Below are positions 11,967 through 25,260 of a stretch of 64,000 nucleotides of DNA, piece by piece. Both the position numbers and the translations under genes were made by a program. Under the pieces are notes generated by a model. It was not told where the DNA came from, did no database searches, and worked only from the letters and a program-made list of their open reading frames with translations. The stretch lies in the NCBI GenBank assembly GCA_964016885.1, contig OZ024758.1, positions 23,932,001 to 23,996,000 of the forward strand. Reading direction: 5' to 3'. The first letter of the stretch is position 1, and the number at the start of each line of letters is the position of its first letter. Source of the stretch: Eledone cirrhosa. Its lineage: Eukaryota.

Positions 11967-12155
11967 CGAAGGAAATGTGGTAAGGAACCAGATGGACCAT
12001 AACGCACCAAAGTACTCAATACTTAGGGTAGTAGAGTGGGTAATAGGAACGAGTAGGACCCCGACGGCTGAGTTCAAGCCGTTTCGACGGCTAATTCCCA
12101 GAATTAGCCGTCGAAACGGCTTGAGCTCAGCCGTCGGGGTCCTACTCGTTCCTAT
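11967..12155. mobile_element. Fold-back family A copy 2
   Basis: Same leader and palindrome as 38-233, between (TA)n runs. Confidence 0.75.
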
Positions 12156-12169
12156 ATATATATATATAT

Positions 12170-12477
12170 AGGATGGCTGTCCCCTCGTTATCGAGTATGG
12201 CCATTGCACAATATACCATTATTAATAATTATCAATTAATTCTATCGTGCAATGCCTGTGCGTGAAGATATTTTTTAAAGTGAGGAAAGTCTGTACACTG
12301 AGCCAATCCCACTCTCTGAGCGACAGTAGCTATAACCCGAAAAGAAGAAAAGATCAACATCATCGGTAACTACTGAGCCGCAGATTTTATATTGGAGTGA
12401 TCCCAGATTCCTGAGTTGCCTGCTCCTAGAAGAATGCCCTGACAAAGGCTAGGGGTCCTTCACTCCCAGTGGTTTAA
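12170..12477 (+). mobile_element. Unclassified interspersed repeat (~310 bp)
   Basis: Homologous copies at 34890-35190 (+) and 58462-58962 (-, interrupted by a SINE). Confidence 0.7.
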
Positions 12478-12519
12478 ACGTGCGGTACATGTGTATATAC
12501 ATATTTACACACTTTCGGA

Positions 12520-12705
12520 TAGCCGTTGACTCTTATGAGTTCTTCCGTCCTTTGTCAGGTTTTGTTTTTTGTCCTGCAGGGTGTCCAAAATCACCCTCGT
12601 CACCAAGTAAACTTGGTGGGGTTGCCGGTTTATTCGCCGCCCACCCAACCACGCGACAGGTTGTACTGGGTTACATGTTACCAGTAGCACTCAAGAGTGA
12701 CAAGA
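12520..12705 (+). mobile_element. Unclassified interspersed repeat (~190 bp)
   Basis: Copies at 34045-34215 and 35365-35515 (gccgttgactcttatgagttcttccg...accagtagcactcaagagtga). Confidence 0.7.
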
Positions 12706-13034
12706 CATGTGTGTATATATACATACATACATACATACATACATTCACATATCAGGTGGTGCTATTAAGTTAGACATGGTCTGGGCCTATACTAGCCGAA
12801 ACCTATCAAAGTTACATATGTATGTATACATGTATATACATGTGTGTATATATATTGTGTATATATATATATATATATATACGGTATATTCTTATTTTTC
12901 TTACCAGCCTCTTTGTCCTTAACTCCTTGTAATATCGACACCTGGCAGGAGGTCTGTTTAAATACCAAAAGAAAGCTGATCGAAAAATGACATTTACGTT
13001 GATACTCTTATATTGACAGGTAAGCAGGTAAATA

Positions 13035-13440
13035 TGAAGAGAGAGGGGCGGGGAGAGAAGGGGGGTGGAGAGAGAGAGGGTGGAGAGAGAGGGTGGTGGA
13101 GAGAGAGGGTGGTGGAGAGAGGGTGGTGGATAGAGGGGGGGCGGATAGAGAGAGGGGGCGGAGAGATGGTGGTGGTGGTGGTGGTGGAGAGATATGGGGG
13201 GAAGGGTGGAGATCAAGAGGGGGTGGGGTAGAGAGAGATGGGGTAGAGAGAGAGGAGTCAGAGAGAGTGAGGGGGAGACAGAGAGGGTGCGGGGAGCCAG
13301 AGAGAGTGAGGGAGAGCCAGAGAGGGGGAGGGTGTGCGGGGGACCCAGAGAGGGGGAGGGGGAGCCAGAGAGAGGGAGGGGGAGCCAGAGAGAGGGAGAA
13401 GGCGAAAGGTCGAGATAGATAGAGGGAAGATAGATAGAAA
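13035..13440. repeat. Purine-rich (GA/GGT) low-complexity tract
   Basis: Direct inspection. Confidence 0.9.
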
Positions 13441-13791
13441 GGAATATATAGTAAGGAATTGATGGAAACATAATAGCAAGACCGTCACATCCATTTCGTT
13501 ATCATTTCTATGCCAAAGTGACACCATTGAAAATTTATTTGATACAAGCATCATTTAAATGTCAAGCTACTGTTTCTATAATGTTAGCAACAATAACATT
13601 TGACAAAGCTTCATGAAACAGCAGAGTATTAAAATTGTAAAGAAATATCTTTGACAATACTTAAACGGCTTGTAATAAAGATTTAACTTCTTCAGTCGAA
13701 GACCTTTCCAGAGAAATGAAAAAGACCGCAAATAAGGAACTTGTTCGGGAGAAAATAGAATAAATAACCTAGTGTATTGATAGTATGTAGT

Positions 13792-13990
13792 GAAGGCGTG
13801 TTGCTGAGTGGTTAGAGAATTGGATTTGCAGTTGTGAGGTTGTGAGTTCGATTCCCGGGCCGGGCGATGCGTTATGTCCTTGAGCAAGACACTTTATTTC
13901 ACGTTGCTCCTTCTACCTGGAGTTGCGACCGATAGATAGAATTAGCAATTGGAAAGACCAACGGAAACATTGTTTCCTTGGTCAGATCTG
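13792..13990 (+). mobile_element. SINE family 2
   Basis: Matches 5629-5825. Confidence 0.8.
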
Positions 13991-14399
13991 ACAAGCTCCA
14001 CTCCGTTTGTTATGCGAATGAGGTCTGGGATGTTGTCAATTGACTCTCGATATTGATTAGAAACATTGTCATGAGGTTACAGGTCTTGAGAGGTGTAGTA
14101 ACATTGGTTCCAGTAACATTGGTTACAGGTCTTGAGAGGTGTAGTCAGTTTAAAATCTACCGATACACACGATTACTACAGCAAAAACTTAAAGGCAGCA
14201 CCGATGGCCTCAACAAGTCATCCAAGTTATGGAAGGACATTTATTAGGTAAAGGTAATAATAGAATAGTTACTGCGTTATATATGGAAGGAATTAACTGA
14301 CAAGAAACCTCAGATAATCTAGATGTAGCTTTCAAACGAAAACCACTGTCACCATCCTTATCGTCACCACTCAAGTCTATCTCGAGTCTAGAGGCTCAT

Positions 14400-14635
14400 C
14401 AGGTCGGTATTTAGTTCGGTTTCCGTAGCATTAAGCGACTGAGAGTACAAGACTCCCTTTCCCACTGGACAGGACGCCTGTCCATCGCAGGGTTAACCCC
14501 TCCCCCCCCACCAGCTATTGCTGGTACTCATTTTCAGCCTAGTATACTAGAGCCACGTGAAATGAAGTGCTTTGTTCAAGAAGAACACACTACCCAGTCC
14601 AGGAATCGAACCCACGATCAGCATCCTTACCACTT
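14400..14635 (-). mobile_element. SINE family 2-related copy with V-domain-like segment
   Basis: Reverse complement resembles 36344-36590 (gatggacNggcgtcctgtccag). Confidence 0.65.
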
Positions 14636-14750
14636 TGTGGGGTGGGGAGGGCAAAGCTGTTCGTTACTCGAGACACCGTTCATCAACTGAGACGATTTAT
14701 GTTCGTGGATTGATTTGTTCGTGATGAGAGGGGTTCGTGACTTGAACAAC

Positions 14751-15075
14751 TCAGTGTAACGTGTGTCTCCCAGTGTAACGCGTGTCTCCCAGTGTAACGT
14801 GTCTCCCCCTGTAACGCGTGTCTCTCAGTGTAACGCGTGTCTCTCAGTGTAACGCGTGTCTCTCAGTGTAACGCGCGTCTCTCAGTGTAACGCGCGTCTC
14901 CCCGTGCAACGCGCGTCTCCGTGCAACGCGTGTCTCCCAGTGTAACGCGTCTCCCAGTGTAACGTGTTCCCAGTATAACGTGTTCCCAGTATAACGTGTT
15001 CCCAGTGTAACGTGTTCCCAGTGTAACGTGTTCCCAGTGTAACGTGTTCCCAGTGTAACGTGTTTCTCGGTGTAA
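14751..15075. repeat. ~18-21-bp minisatellite (cagtgtaacgcgtgtctc)n
   Basis: Direct inspection. Confidence 0.9.
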
Positions 15076-15399
15076 TGAGTTTCTCGCCAAAGAAAGGAAA
15101 CAACGAAACAAACCGAAGGACACCAAAGATATATGCAATATATTCCCAACATATCTCCAGGGATGAATTAACATTATGAAGTTCTCAGAGATAATGTTAA
15201 GAAGCGGATGAATATTAAATTCAATTTTGCAATATATAGAATACTGTATCTTATTGATATATGGATGATGATGCCACGATAATGTTAACAAATATGTAAA
15301 GTTAAATATCTAGATATACATATTTAAATAAATGTCCGTATGAATTCTTTCAACTGTCAACACGTTTATATTATTCTCAGAGATTGTTCCTTTGTTTCG

Positions 15400-15916
15400 T
15401 TTCTCTTATGAAATATATATTAAACTGTGTTATAGTAGATAATATATTTCTCTTATGAAATATATATTATACTGTGCTATGTAGATAATATATTTCTCTT
15501 ATGAAATATATATTATACTGTGCTATAGTAGATAATATATTTCTCTTATGAAATATATATTAAACTGTGCTATAGTAGATAATATATTTCTCTTATGAAA
15601 TATATATTAAACTGTTCTATAGTAGATAATATATTTCTCTTATGAAATATATCTTAAACTGTGCTATAGTAGATAATATATTTCTCTTATGAAATATATA
15701 TTAAACTGTGCTATAGTAGATAATATATTTCTCTTATGAAATATATATTAAACTGTGCTATAGTAGATAATATATTTCTCTTATGAAATATATATTAAAC
15801 TGTGCTATAGTAGATAATATATTTCTCTTATGAAATATATATTATACTGTGCTATAGTAGATAATATATTTCTCTTATGAAATATATATTAAACTGTGCT
15901 ATAGTAGATAATATAT
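15400..15916. repeat. 47-bp tandem repeat, ~11 copies
   Basis: Unit tttctcttatgaaatatatattaaactgtgctatagtagataatata. Confidence 0.95.
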
Positions 15917-15917
15917 A

Positions 15918-16618
15918 CGAGGGTCGGTTGAAGCGTTCATAAGCTCACTAAGTTACTCTCGTGGAATGACTGAATGAGGTTTATTTTTCAACAGTCCCTG
16001 GAAAGAATAATAATGATTAGGCACAAGGCCAGTAATTTGAGGGGAGGGGAAAGTCGATTAAATCGATCTCAGTACATTACTGGTACTTTATTTTATCGAC
16101 CTCGTAAGGATGAAAGGCAAAGTTAACCTCAGCGGAATTTGAACTCAGAGCGTAAAGGACCGTAACTCTATGCTGCAAAGCATGGTGTCCGACCCTCTAC
16201 CGATACTGCCAATCCACTGTCCTTGGAAAGAATAATAAAAGTTGAAATTAATGCATGCAGGATTTCACAGCTCTAGCATCACTCCATAATTAGTCTTTGA
16301 ACTTTTCAACTCACCCTCGTATAGTGATAAGAAGAATTGAAATTAATGCATGCAAGATTTCACAGCTCTAGCATCACTCCTCCATTGACAGTCTATGAAC
16401 ATTTCAGCCGACCCTCGTATTAAGTGAAGTACATAGTCTAGAAAGTTCATAGGCTGACCAAGATACTCTCAAATGAGGTTTATTTTCAAATATAGTTCCT
16501 GGAAAGAAACAATGCAGTTATTATTAATAAGAAGAGTTGAAATGAATGCATGAAAGATTTCACAGCACTAGCATCACTCCTTCATAGTCAGCCTATGAAC
16601 TTTTCGACTCACCCTCGT
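15918..16618. mobile_element. Mariner-type MITE cluster (TA-cgaggg TIR) with nested SINE
   Basis: Left TIR ta|cgagggtcggttgaag. Right TIRs ...caactcaccctcg|ta at ~16319, ~16417 and ~16617. A SINE at ~16016-16218 is flanked by ggaaagaataataa duplications. Confidence 0.7.
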
Positions 16619-16966
16619 ATTTACGATTATAGAAACTCTCATGGCGGTCTTTAAATCTCCACTCATTTCCACTAGTACTTGTGTGTGTGACACATGAAAG
16701 TTTCAGATCCCAAAGTCTGGGACCTTATACACAGCCTTAGATTACCAATTATGTAAAATAAGGACGTGATTAGGGCCTCAATTTAAGAGGGGGACCCTTT
16801 GTGTTTTTTTTTTTCAGTGTCGGATTTACAATGGACCATAGTGCAAGCCTGCAACTGAAGCAGTTGCTTCATAAAAAGGGGGGCTCCTACAATATTTTCA
16901 GTGCTTATGGACTCTGAAAGTCTTAATCCTTCCCCGTTTAGTATTTTAATGTTTGTTTATGTAGAT

Positions 16967-18062
16967 CAGGGGCCTGCAACAGGCGACAATCCGGCCCGCC
17001 AAACCGGTTACGTTTACGAAAAAAAATTCTAAATAAGCCTATATTAATTGTTGTAGTTTAGTATATCGTTATTGTTATTGGACGTTACAAGTTCAATACA
17101 GTATAATTATGTTATCTACGAATTCAATATTTACATTAACAATTGTAATTACCACAATGAAGATGAACACGTGATGGGAGACAGTTTTGAATCATGACGT
17201 ATTGTTGCTTTGGTTGAGGATGATCTAGAATCTAGATCATCAGGGGCGTGCAACAGGCGGCCTGCGGGCCACAATTCGGCCCGCCAGATCAGTTAAAGTT
17301 GCCCGCGATGACCGTTTCTAATTTTTACCTTATAGGCATATTTAGAAATTTTTTCGTAACCATAATACAATTTTCTGTTAGTTGACCTATACTAAAGGGT
17401 TCATTAATAGGGTTATGTGTTATAATGTCCCAGTTGACCTATACTAAAGGGTTCATTGATAGGGTTATGTGTTATAATGTCCCAGTTGACCTATACTAAA
17501 GGGTTCATTGATAGAGTTATGTGTTATAATGTCCCAGTTGACCTATACTAAAGGGTTCATTGATAGGGTTATGTGTTATAATGTCCCAGTTGACCTATAC
17601 TAAAGGGTTCATTGATAGAGTTATGTGTTATAATGTCCCAGTTGACCTATACTAAAGGGTTCATTGATAGGGTTATGTGTTATAATTTCCCAGTTGACCT
17701 ATACTAAAGGGCCTCACTGGTAAGGTTATGTGTGTTATAATTTCCCAGTTCCATGTTATGGAAAGAAGTTGTGGTGAATCTTTGGAATAATGCTAAATAA
17801 ATATTAATTGTCTCTACTTTAGGCACAAGGCCAGCAATTACCCAGCGCATTACTGGTACTTTATTTTATCGACCCCGTAAGGATGAAAGGCAAAGTCAAC
17901 CTCGGCGGGATTTGAACTCAGATCGTAAAGGGACGTAACTATGCTGGAAAGCATGGCGTCCGATCCTCTACTGATACTGCCAATCCACCGCATATTAATG
18001 GCCCTAATAGTTGTTCCTATGTTCAAAAGTGGCCCGCCAATGGAATATGTTGCACAACCCTG
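16967..18062. mobile_element. Non-autonomous hAT element with 8-bp TSD, carrying a 53-bp tandem array and a SINE
   Basis: TIRs caggggcctgcaac / gttgcacaaccctg. TSD atgtagat at 16959-16966 and 18063-18070. A second 5'-end copy starts at 17241. Confidence 0.75.
17381..17750. repeat. 53-bp tandem repeat, ~7 copies
   Basis: Unit gttgacctatactaaagggttcattgatagggttatgtgttataatgtccca. Confidence 0.95.
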
Positions 18063-19265
18063 ATGTAGATTATCTTTCACCCCACAATATATTTAGATGT
18101 CTGACTCTACACATATTCTAATTCTTAAGATATTTCAGCTTTATCGTTATATTAAAATCCATACAACACTAAGATGTATTGTTCTTGCTTTATGAAGCAC
18201 CGAAGGACATTACTTTATAATGTTAATTTATTTACATTTATTCTCACATTTCCCAAACACGTTGTGAGAATACATATATTAATTATATATATGTATGTAT
18301 CTGAACTCACCAGTGGATTGTCGGGACTTTATTTTATAAACCTCATAAGGATGAAAGGCAAATCTAACCTCGGAGGGATTTGAAGTTTCTAATTTATACA
18401 CACAGCCAACACTTTGGGGGAGAGGGGAGGGTAAAGTCGATTAAATCGACTCAAGTGGGTTACTGGTACTTACTGTTGAGGGAAAGCAAATAATTATATA
18501 TGTATAGAATCTGAACTGATATATTTGTAAAGCCAACTTCTTAAACATGGAACAATGTCTGCATCTAATCTCGGCGGAATTTGAACTTAGAACGTAAATG
18601 GACGTTGTCGAAAAGCATGTCCGACGTTAATAATAATAATTTTTTTTTTTATTATTGTTGCTGTTGTTACGTCCCTTTACGATCTGAGTTCAAATCCCGC
18701 CGAGGTTAACTTTGCCTTTCATCCTTACGGGGTCGATAAAATAAAGTACCAGTAATGCACTGGGTAATTGCTGGCCTTGTGCCTAAAGTAGAGACAATTA
18801 TTGTTGCTGTTGTTGAGGGCGGTTGAGTGTCGGAGGTTTACTATAGAATAATGGTTTCTTATATAGGCACAAGGCCAGCAATTTGGGGGGAGGGGAAATC
18901 GATTAAATCGACCCCAGTGCGTGACTGGTACTTTATTTTATCGACCCCATAAGGATGAAAGGCAAAGTTAATCTCGGCAGGATTTGAACTCAGAACGTAA
19001 AGGGCCGTAACTATGCTGCAAAGCATGGTGTCCGACTCTCTACCGCTTATAGAATAATTGTTTCTAATCTAGACAAGGCCTGCAGTTTATGGGGGTGGGT
19101 GGAGTCCGTTATATCGACCCCAGTATTTAACTGCTACTTTTGCTACTTAATTTTATCAACCCCGGTAAGATGAAAGTAAAGTTGACATCGATAGAATTCG
19201 AACACAGAACGTAGAAAGTCGTAGCTAAATACGGCAAATAATGTTTCGTCCGACGCTCTACCGAT
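17805..19265. mobile_element. Cluster of SINE family 1 copies (17805-17990 -, 18325-18630 - degenerate, 18667-18800 +, 18848-19045 -, 19050-19265 -)
   Basis: Repeated core ggatgaaaggcaaagt...gggatttgaactcaga or its reverse complement. Confidence 0.8.
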
Positions 19266-20574
19266 GCAGTCAAAACAAAACAAGATGACAACAAACAAAT
19301 TTATGTAGACGTGATACAAAAACCTATGTGAACTTGATACAAAAACCTATGTGAACTTAACACTCTTTCGTGATACACCAGTCTACATTTAAAGATAAAA
19401 TGTCACTATATATAGATTTGACAAAACACTATATATAGATAGGACACAACACTTTCTATATATTTATATAAATATATATAAATACGTATTTAAGACAACG
19501 TTAAATATAGGCTTGAGAAATAATACAAGGTTGTAATCAAGATTATTCTTTTCGTGGGTGTTTTAATCTATTAATATAGACGAGGAAGCGGTGGCAAGAA
19601 GTGAATGTTCGGTAATGAAAGCTGGTGTGAAGTATCTAGCAAACGATCTATACTCAAATGTAAGGCGGGACAGAGATCAGGGAAGTGAATGGTGATTAAG
19701 AAAAAAATGGTGACGATTCTCGTAACGGTACAAGTAGCAAAGCTGATACACAGGACAAGGATAAATGTTTAGAAAATTAAAATATACACAGGACAATGAT
19801 AAATGTTTAGAAAATTAAAATATAAATATTATTGTAAAAGAAAAATCCAGAGTGTCTGAAATAGAAGTTATTTATATTATTAAAACCTCCAAATTTTTGA
19901 TTATTTTCAGAATTCTATGTAAAAATATGTCATGTAAATACAATTTAATAGAAAAAGAAAAAAATATTGAGAAGAAAACACCACAGGCTTACGTCGTTTT
20001 GAGTTTCGTCATTTTCAAAGTTACGGCGGTTTTTCTTAATATTATATGGTAAAAATAAACCTCAACGTGACGTCGGTCGGCCTAAACTATTATATCGTTA
20101 AAAACCCAGTAGAACCAAACACAGTCGCATTTAGACAATAATTGTTTCTACTTTAGGCGCAAGGCCAGCAATTACCCAGTGCATTATGTACTACACTCTA
20201 AACTGTTTGCATGATAACGGACAGCAATGGGGAATGCCTATTATCGGTTTATAGGGGTGGATTAATTCGACATTCGTCGTTTTTCGACTTAAGTCTTGAT
20301 TGTTGGAACCAATTAAAGAAGTAGGGTGAGGTATCCCTGTATATGGTTTTAGGGTACCATTTGACACAGAGAGGTATATTTTAAAGAATGTGATATGGAT
20401 AGTATGATATGATATAGTATGGCACCGTAACTCCTGATAGAGTAGTAGGGACGCCGTATTGACATACGCTGTTTCTTGGCCATTTTAAGCCTGGCGGAGC
20501 CCATCCCTCTCCAGGCCTGAGCACAGCAGATTTCTTTCAGAGAAAGATAGAAAGTGAGAGTGAAGAAGTGAGGA

Positions 20575-21860
20575 AGAATCGACTCCAGGTCGAGACTGGT
20601 ACTTTTATTATTTTTTATTGATCTCGAAAGGATGAAAGGCAAAGTTGACCTCGGCGGGATTTGAACTCAGAGATCAGAGAGTCGGAACAAAATACCATAA
20701 AGCATTCTATCAGACGTTTCAACGACTCTGCCAATTCACCGCTTCTGGGATATGTTTACAGAACTCAAAAATTAAGGAACGCTTTACAGAGTTGAAGACG
20801 TTTGCGTTTTTAATTGAAGGGTAGTTGAATATGTAAGTATGATATGGCTTGTAGGAGTAGAAAGATAGTGATAGTCCAATTCTGGAAATGTACTGCATTA
20901 TAGGGGATTAATGACATGACATATGCCCTTAACTGGTTATTGAGCTGTAGAGATGCTGTAGTGTTATATCTCTTGGGTAGTTAAACCTGGCGGAGCGAAT
21001 CTCTCTCTCACACATCACAATTTAACTAAACAACGGCGAACTAATATTCCAGAAGATTGAGACAAACTCCAACATTGTTATCACTATAAATGAAAGAGCC
21101 TAGCAATTGTTTGTAAGTGGGCCCCCATTTGCTCCTAATAATTGTTTCTACTTTAGGCACAAGGCCAGTAATTAGGAGAGGAGGGGGGAAAGTCGATTAA
21201 AATAAATAATTGTTTCTACTTTAGGCACAAGGCCAGCAATTATCCAGTACATTACTGGTACTTTATTTTATCGACCCCGTAAGGATGAAAGGCAAAGTCA
21301 ACCTCGGCGGGATTTGAACTCAGATCGTAAAGGGACGTAACTATGCTGGAAAGCATGGCGTCCGACCCTCTACCGATACTGCCAATCCACCACCCTCGAT
21401 TAAAATAAATAATGGTTTCTTATATAGGCACAAGGCCATCAATATTGGGGGAGGGCAAAGTCGATTAATTCGACCCCAGTGTGTTACTGGTACTTTATTT
21501 TATTGTCCCCGTAAGAATGAAAAGGCAAAGTTAACCTCGGCGGGATTTGAACTCATACCGTAAAGGGCCGTAACTCTATGCTACCAATCCCCGAGAGATG
21601 GGGAGAGCGGGAGAGACGGAGACGGTGACAGTTGGAGTTTGGTTCCTCTATATTCGGACCTGGTGTCCATTTGTAATGTTATTTATCAGTATCGGTAGAG
21701 GGTCGGACGCCATGCTTTGCAGCATAGAGTTACGGCCCTTTATTATCTGAGTTCAAATCCTGCCGAGGTTAACTTTGCCTTTCATCCTTTCGGGGTCGAT
21801 AAGATAAAGTAGCAGTAATACACTGGGGTAATTGCTGGCCTTGTGCCAAACGTAGAAACA
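20575..21860. mobile_element. Cluster of SINE family 1 copies (20575-20745 -, 21137-21590 several -, 21688-21860 +)
   Basis: Same core and tail motifs as other family 1 copies. Confidence 0.8.
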
Positions 21861-21915
21861 TTTATGTATTTGTAATGTTTTTTATACTCTGAATAAAATT
21901 CATACTCAATAGCTT

Positions 21916-22433
21916 ACTTTAAATAGAGAAATATGAAGTATTTCGTACTTTAGTTAGAAAGATTTGTTACAATACTTTAGTTAACAATAGATTACTAGTC
22001 TTAAAAGAAGTTATTTTGTTCATATATTCAGTTATACAGCAGCGTACTTTAAATAGAGAAATATGAAGTATTTCGTATTTTAGTTAGAAAGATTTGTTAC
22101 AATACTTTAGTTAACAATAGATTACTAGTCTTAAAAGAAGTTATTTTGTTCATATATTCAGTTATACAGCAGCGTACTTTAAATAGAGAAATATGAAGTA
22201 TTTCGTACTTTAGTTAGAAAGATTTGTTACAATACTTTAGTTAACAATAGATTACTAGTCTTAAAAGAAGTTATTTTGTTCATATATTCAGTTATACAGC
22301 AGCGTACTTTAAATAGAGAAATATGAAGTATTTCGTATTTTAGTTAGAAAGATTTGTTACAATACTTTAGTTAACAATAGATTACTAGTCTTAAAAGAAG
22401 TTATTCTGTTCATATATTCAGTTATACAGCAGC
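21916..22433. repeat. 130-bp tandem repeat, 4 copies
   Basis: actttaaatagagaaatatgaag recurs every 130 bp. Confidence 0.95.
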
Positions 22434-22537
22434 ATTTACAATAGTTTTCTTATTATATCCAGTCTCTTGAAATTGTATGTAATGATTCGAAAATTCTCGA
22501 TTGCTACAAATTTTAATTGTGATGCTTTATAATGGCA

Positions 22538-23023
22538 AATAATGGTTTCTGATTTAGGCACAAGGCCAGCAATTTCGGGGAGGGGAAAGTCGATTAAATC
22601 GATCCCAGTACGTTACTGGTACTTTATTTTATCGACCCCGTAAGGATGAAAGGCAAAGCTAACCTCGGCGGGATTTGAACTCAGACCGTAAAGGACCGTC
22701 ACTCTATGCTGCAAAGCATATAAAGGGAAATAACAACACTAAAAGTCTTTATTAGTAATCAGATAATTGTAAGTAAAAAATAAAGATAAGCTAAGCTTAG
22801 CCGAAACAGATGTTTTGAACTTAGAATCATCTAAGACGAACCCAAGGTAGTATCGGTAGAGGGTCGGACGCCATGCTTTCCAGCATAGTTACGTCCCTTT
22901 ACGATCTGAGTTCAAATCCCGCCGAGGTTGACTTTGCCTTTCATCCTTACGGGGTAGATAAAATAAAGTACCAGTAATACACTGAGTAATTGCTGGCCTT
23001 GTGCCAAAAGTAGAAACAATTAA
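22538..23023. mobile_element. Two SINE family 1 copies (22538-22718 -, 22847-23023 +)
   Basis: Core motifs present. The second copy is flanked by a 91-bp direct duplication. Confidence 0.85.
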
Positions 23024-23344
23024 TAATCAGATAATTGTAAGTAAAAAATAAAGATAAGCTAAGCTTAGCCGAAACAGATGTTTTGAACTTAGAATCATCT
23101 AAGACGAACCCAAGTAAAAACACTTCATTAATATAATTTAGAATACTCTGTTTAGTTCTTTGATGATTATAAAGCTATAATAATTATCACTTTGATTTTC
23201 ACTTCCTTTCCACTTATCAGTCATCAGTAACATTTTAATAGCGACGTCGTATCAACGCTGCAATGTGGTCCCTACTTAAACAAATCTTATACAGTTGAGG
23301 ACACTTTTCAGCCAACTCATTATAACGGTAATGCTTTTAGTACG

Positions 23345-23356
23345 CACGCATGCCAC

Positions 23357-23389
<33 letters not shown>

Positions 23390-23530
23390 GTGTATATATG
23401 TATATATGCACACACAAACACGTATGCCTGCACGCACACACACACATATATATATATGCACACACACACAAACACGCATGCCCGCGCGCGCACTCACATC
23501 TATATAAGCACACACAAACACGCAAGCCCG

Positions 23531-23565
<35 letters not shown>

Positions 23566-23603
23566 GTATATATGCACACACAAACACGTATGCCTGCACA
23601 CAT

Positions 23604-23635
<32 letters not shown>

Positions 23636-24116
23636 GCACACACACAAACACGCATGCCCGCGCGCGCACACACATCTATATAAGCACACACAAACACGCA
23701 AGCCCGCACACACACACACATATATATATATGTGTATATATGTATATATGCACACACAAACACGTATGCCTGCACACATACACACAAACACATATATACA
23801 TATATGCACACACACACAAACACGCATGCCCGCGCGCGCGCGCACACATCTATATAAGCACACACAAACACGCATGCCTGCAAACACACACGCACCCACA
23901 TATATATATATATATACATATATACACGCACACACATATATATATATACACGCACACATATATATATATATATACACGCACACACATATATATATATATA
24001 CACGCACACACATATATATATATATACACGCACACACATATATATATATATACACACACACAAACACACATGCCTGCACACACACACACACAAACACGCA
24101 TCCCTGCAAACACACA

Positions 24117-24148
<32 letters not shown>

Positions 24149-24250
24149 CACGCACACACATATATATATATACACGCACACACACACATATATATATATA
24201 TATACACACACACAAACACACATGCCTGCACACACACATATATATATATA
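23345..24250. repeat. Compound (CA)n/(TA)n minisatellite
   Basis: Recurrent cacacaaacacgcatgcc units separated by microsatellite runs. Confidence 0.9.
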
Positions 24251-24352
24251 GTCCGCGTGCTTGATGGTTATTAAAAGTACCATTGAATGTAAGCACGTTT
24301 CTATTGTACGCCACTTCTAAGTTGAGCTATATCCATGTCTTGGCTTAAGTTG

Positions 24353-24752
24353 AATAATGGTTTCTGATTTAGGAACAAGGGCAAACATTTGAGGGAAGGG
24401 TGGGCGTGGAGTCGATTAAATCAAGCCAGTGTATTACTGGTACTTTATTTTATCGACCTCGTAAGGATGAAAGGCAAAGTTAACCTCGGCGGGATTTGAA
24501 CTCAGAACGTAAAGGTGTTTAACTCTGTGCCGCGAAGCATGTTGTCCGACGCTCTACCGATACTGCTAATCCGCTGCTCTTTGTCGAATAAGGGTCGGAC
24601 GCCATGCTTTCCAGCATAGTTACGTCCCTTTATGATCTGAGTTCAAATCCCGCCGAGGCTGACTTTGCCTTTCATCCTTACGGGGTCGATAAAATAAAGT
24701 ACCAGTAATGCACTGGATAATTGCTGGCCTTGTGCCTCAAGTAGAAACAATT
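24353..24752. mobile_element. Head-to-head SINE family 1 pair (24353-24575 -, 24591-24752 +)
   Basis: Core motifs in opposite orientations. Confidence 0.8.
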
Positions 24753-24779
24753 AATAATAATATTCGATTCGTTTGTAAT

Positions 24780-24963
24780 TATGCAAACAACCTCTTTATA
24801 GCCATGTCAGTAGAATGACTCCGCCATTCTTGCTCTTGTGTTGGCATGTAAACAGAACTGCAGGCACTAATGTTTCTGGGTGATTACCCTTCATCATGCC
24901 AATACAAGAGCAAGAATGACAAGGTCATTCTACTGACATGGCTATAAAGAGGCTGTTTACATA
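24780..24963. mobile_element. Imperfect inverted-repeat element (MITE or fold-back)
   Basis: aaacaacctctttatagccatgtcagtagaatgac...ttggcatg pairs with catgccaa...gtcattctactgacatggctataaagaggctgttt. Confidence 0.7.
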
Positions 24964-25190
24964 GCTACGGCTTCCTAAAACCGTATTTCTCTAGAAATAC
25001 GAAATTTCTATACATATATGTATAAAGCTATGCTTGAAGCGAAATCTTATTTCTTTTCTATTATAAGTTGAGCCAACTATTATAAGTTGAGCCAACTTAT
25101 GCAGCTTCATATGCAAATGAGATTAATCACCTCATTTACACAGACGAAAAAACTATATATTCTCGGCTGTTTTCAATTACAGCAGTCGCA

Positions 25191-25260
25191 AACAGGGGAA
25201 GGGATCGTCCTGACGATGGCCAGTCTAACCTGAAATGCATCGACGGTTGTCCCCCTTGTT
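25191..25260 (+). ncRNA. Minimal type I hammerhead ribozyme motif (Penelope-type)
   Basis: Stem I gatcgtc/gacggtt, extendable with aacagggg/ccccttgtt. Core CTGACGA 25210-25216, GAAA 25232-25235, palindromic stem III ATGCAT, predicted cleavage after C25241. Stem II is weak. Lies between ~105-bp direct repeats (24961-25065, 25303-25405). Confidence 0.6.

Noticed and set aside
23276-24314. Overlapping Cys/Val/Tyr- and His/Thr-rich ORFs
   Set aside because: Compound microsatellite with no domain signal.
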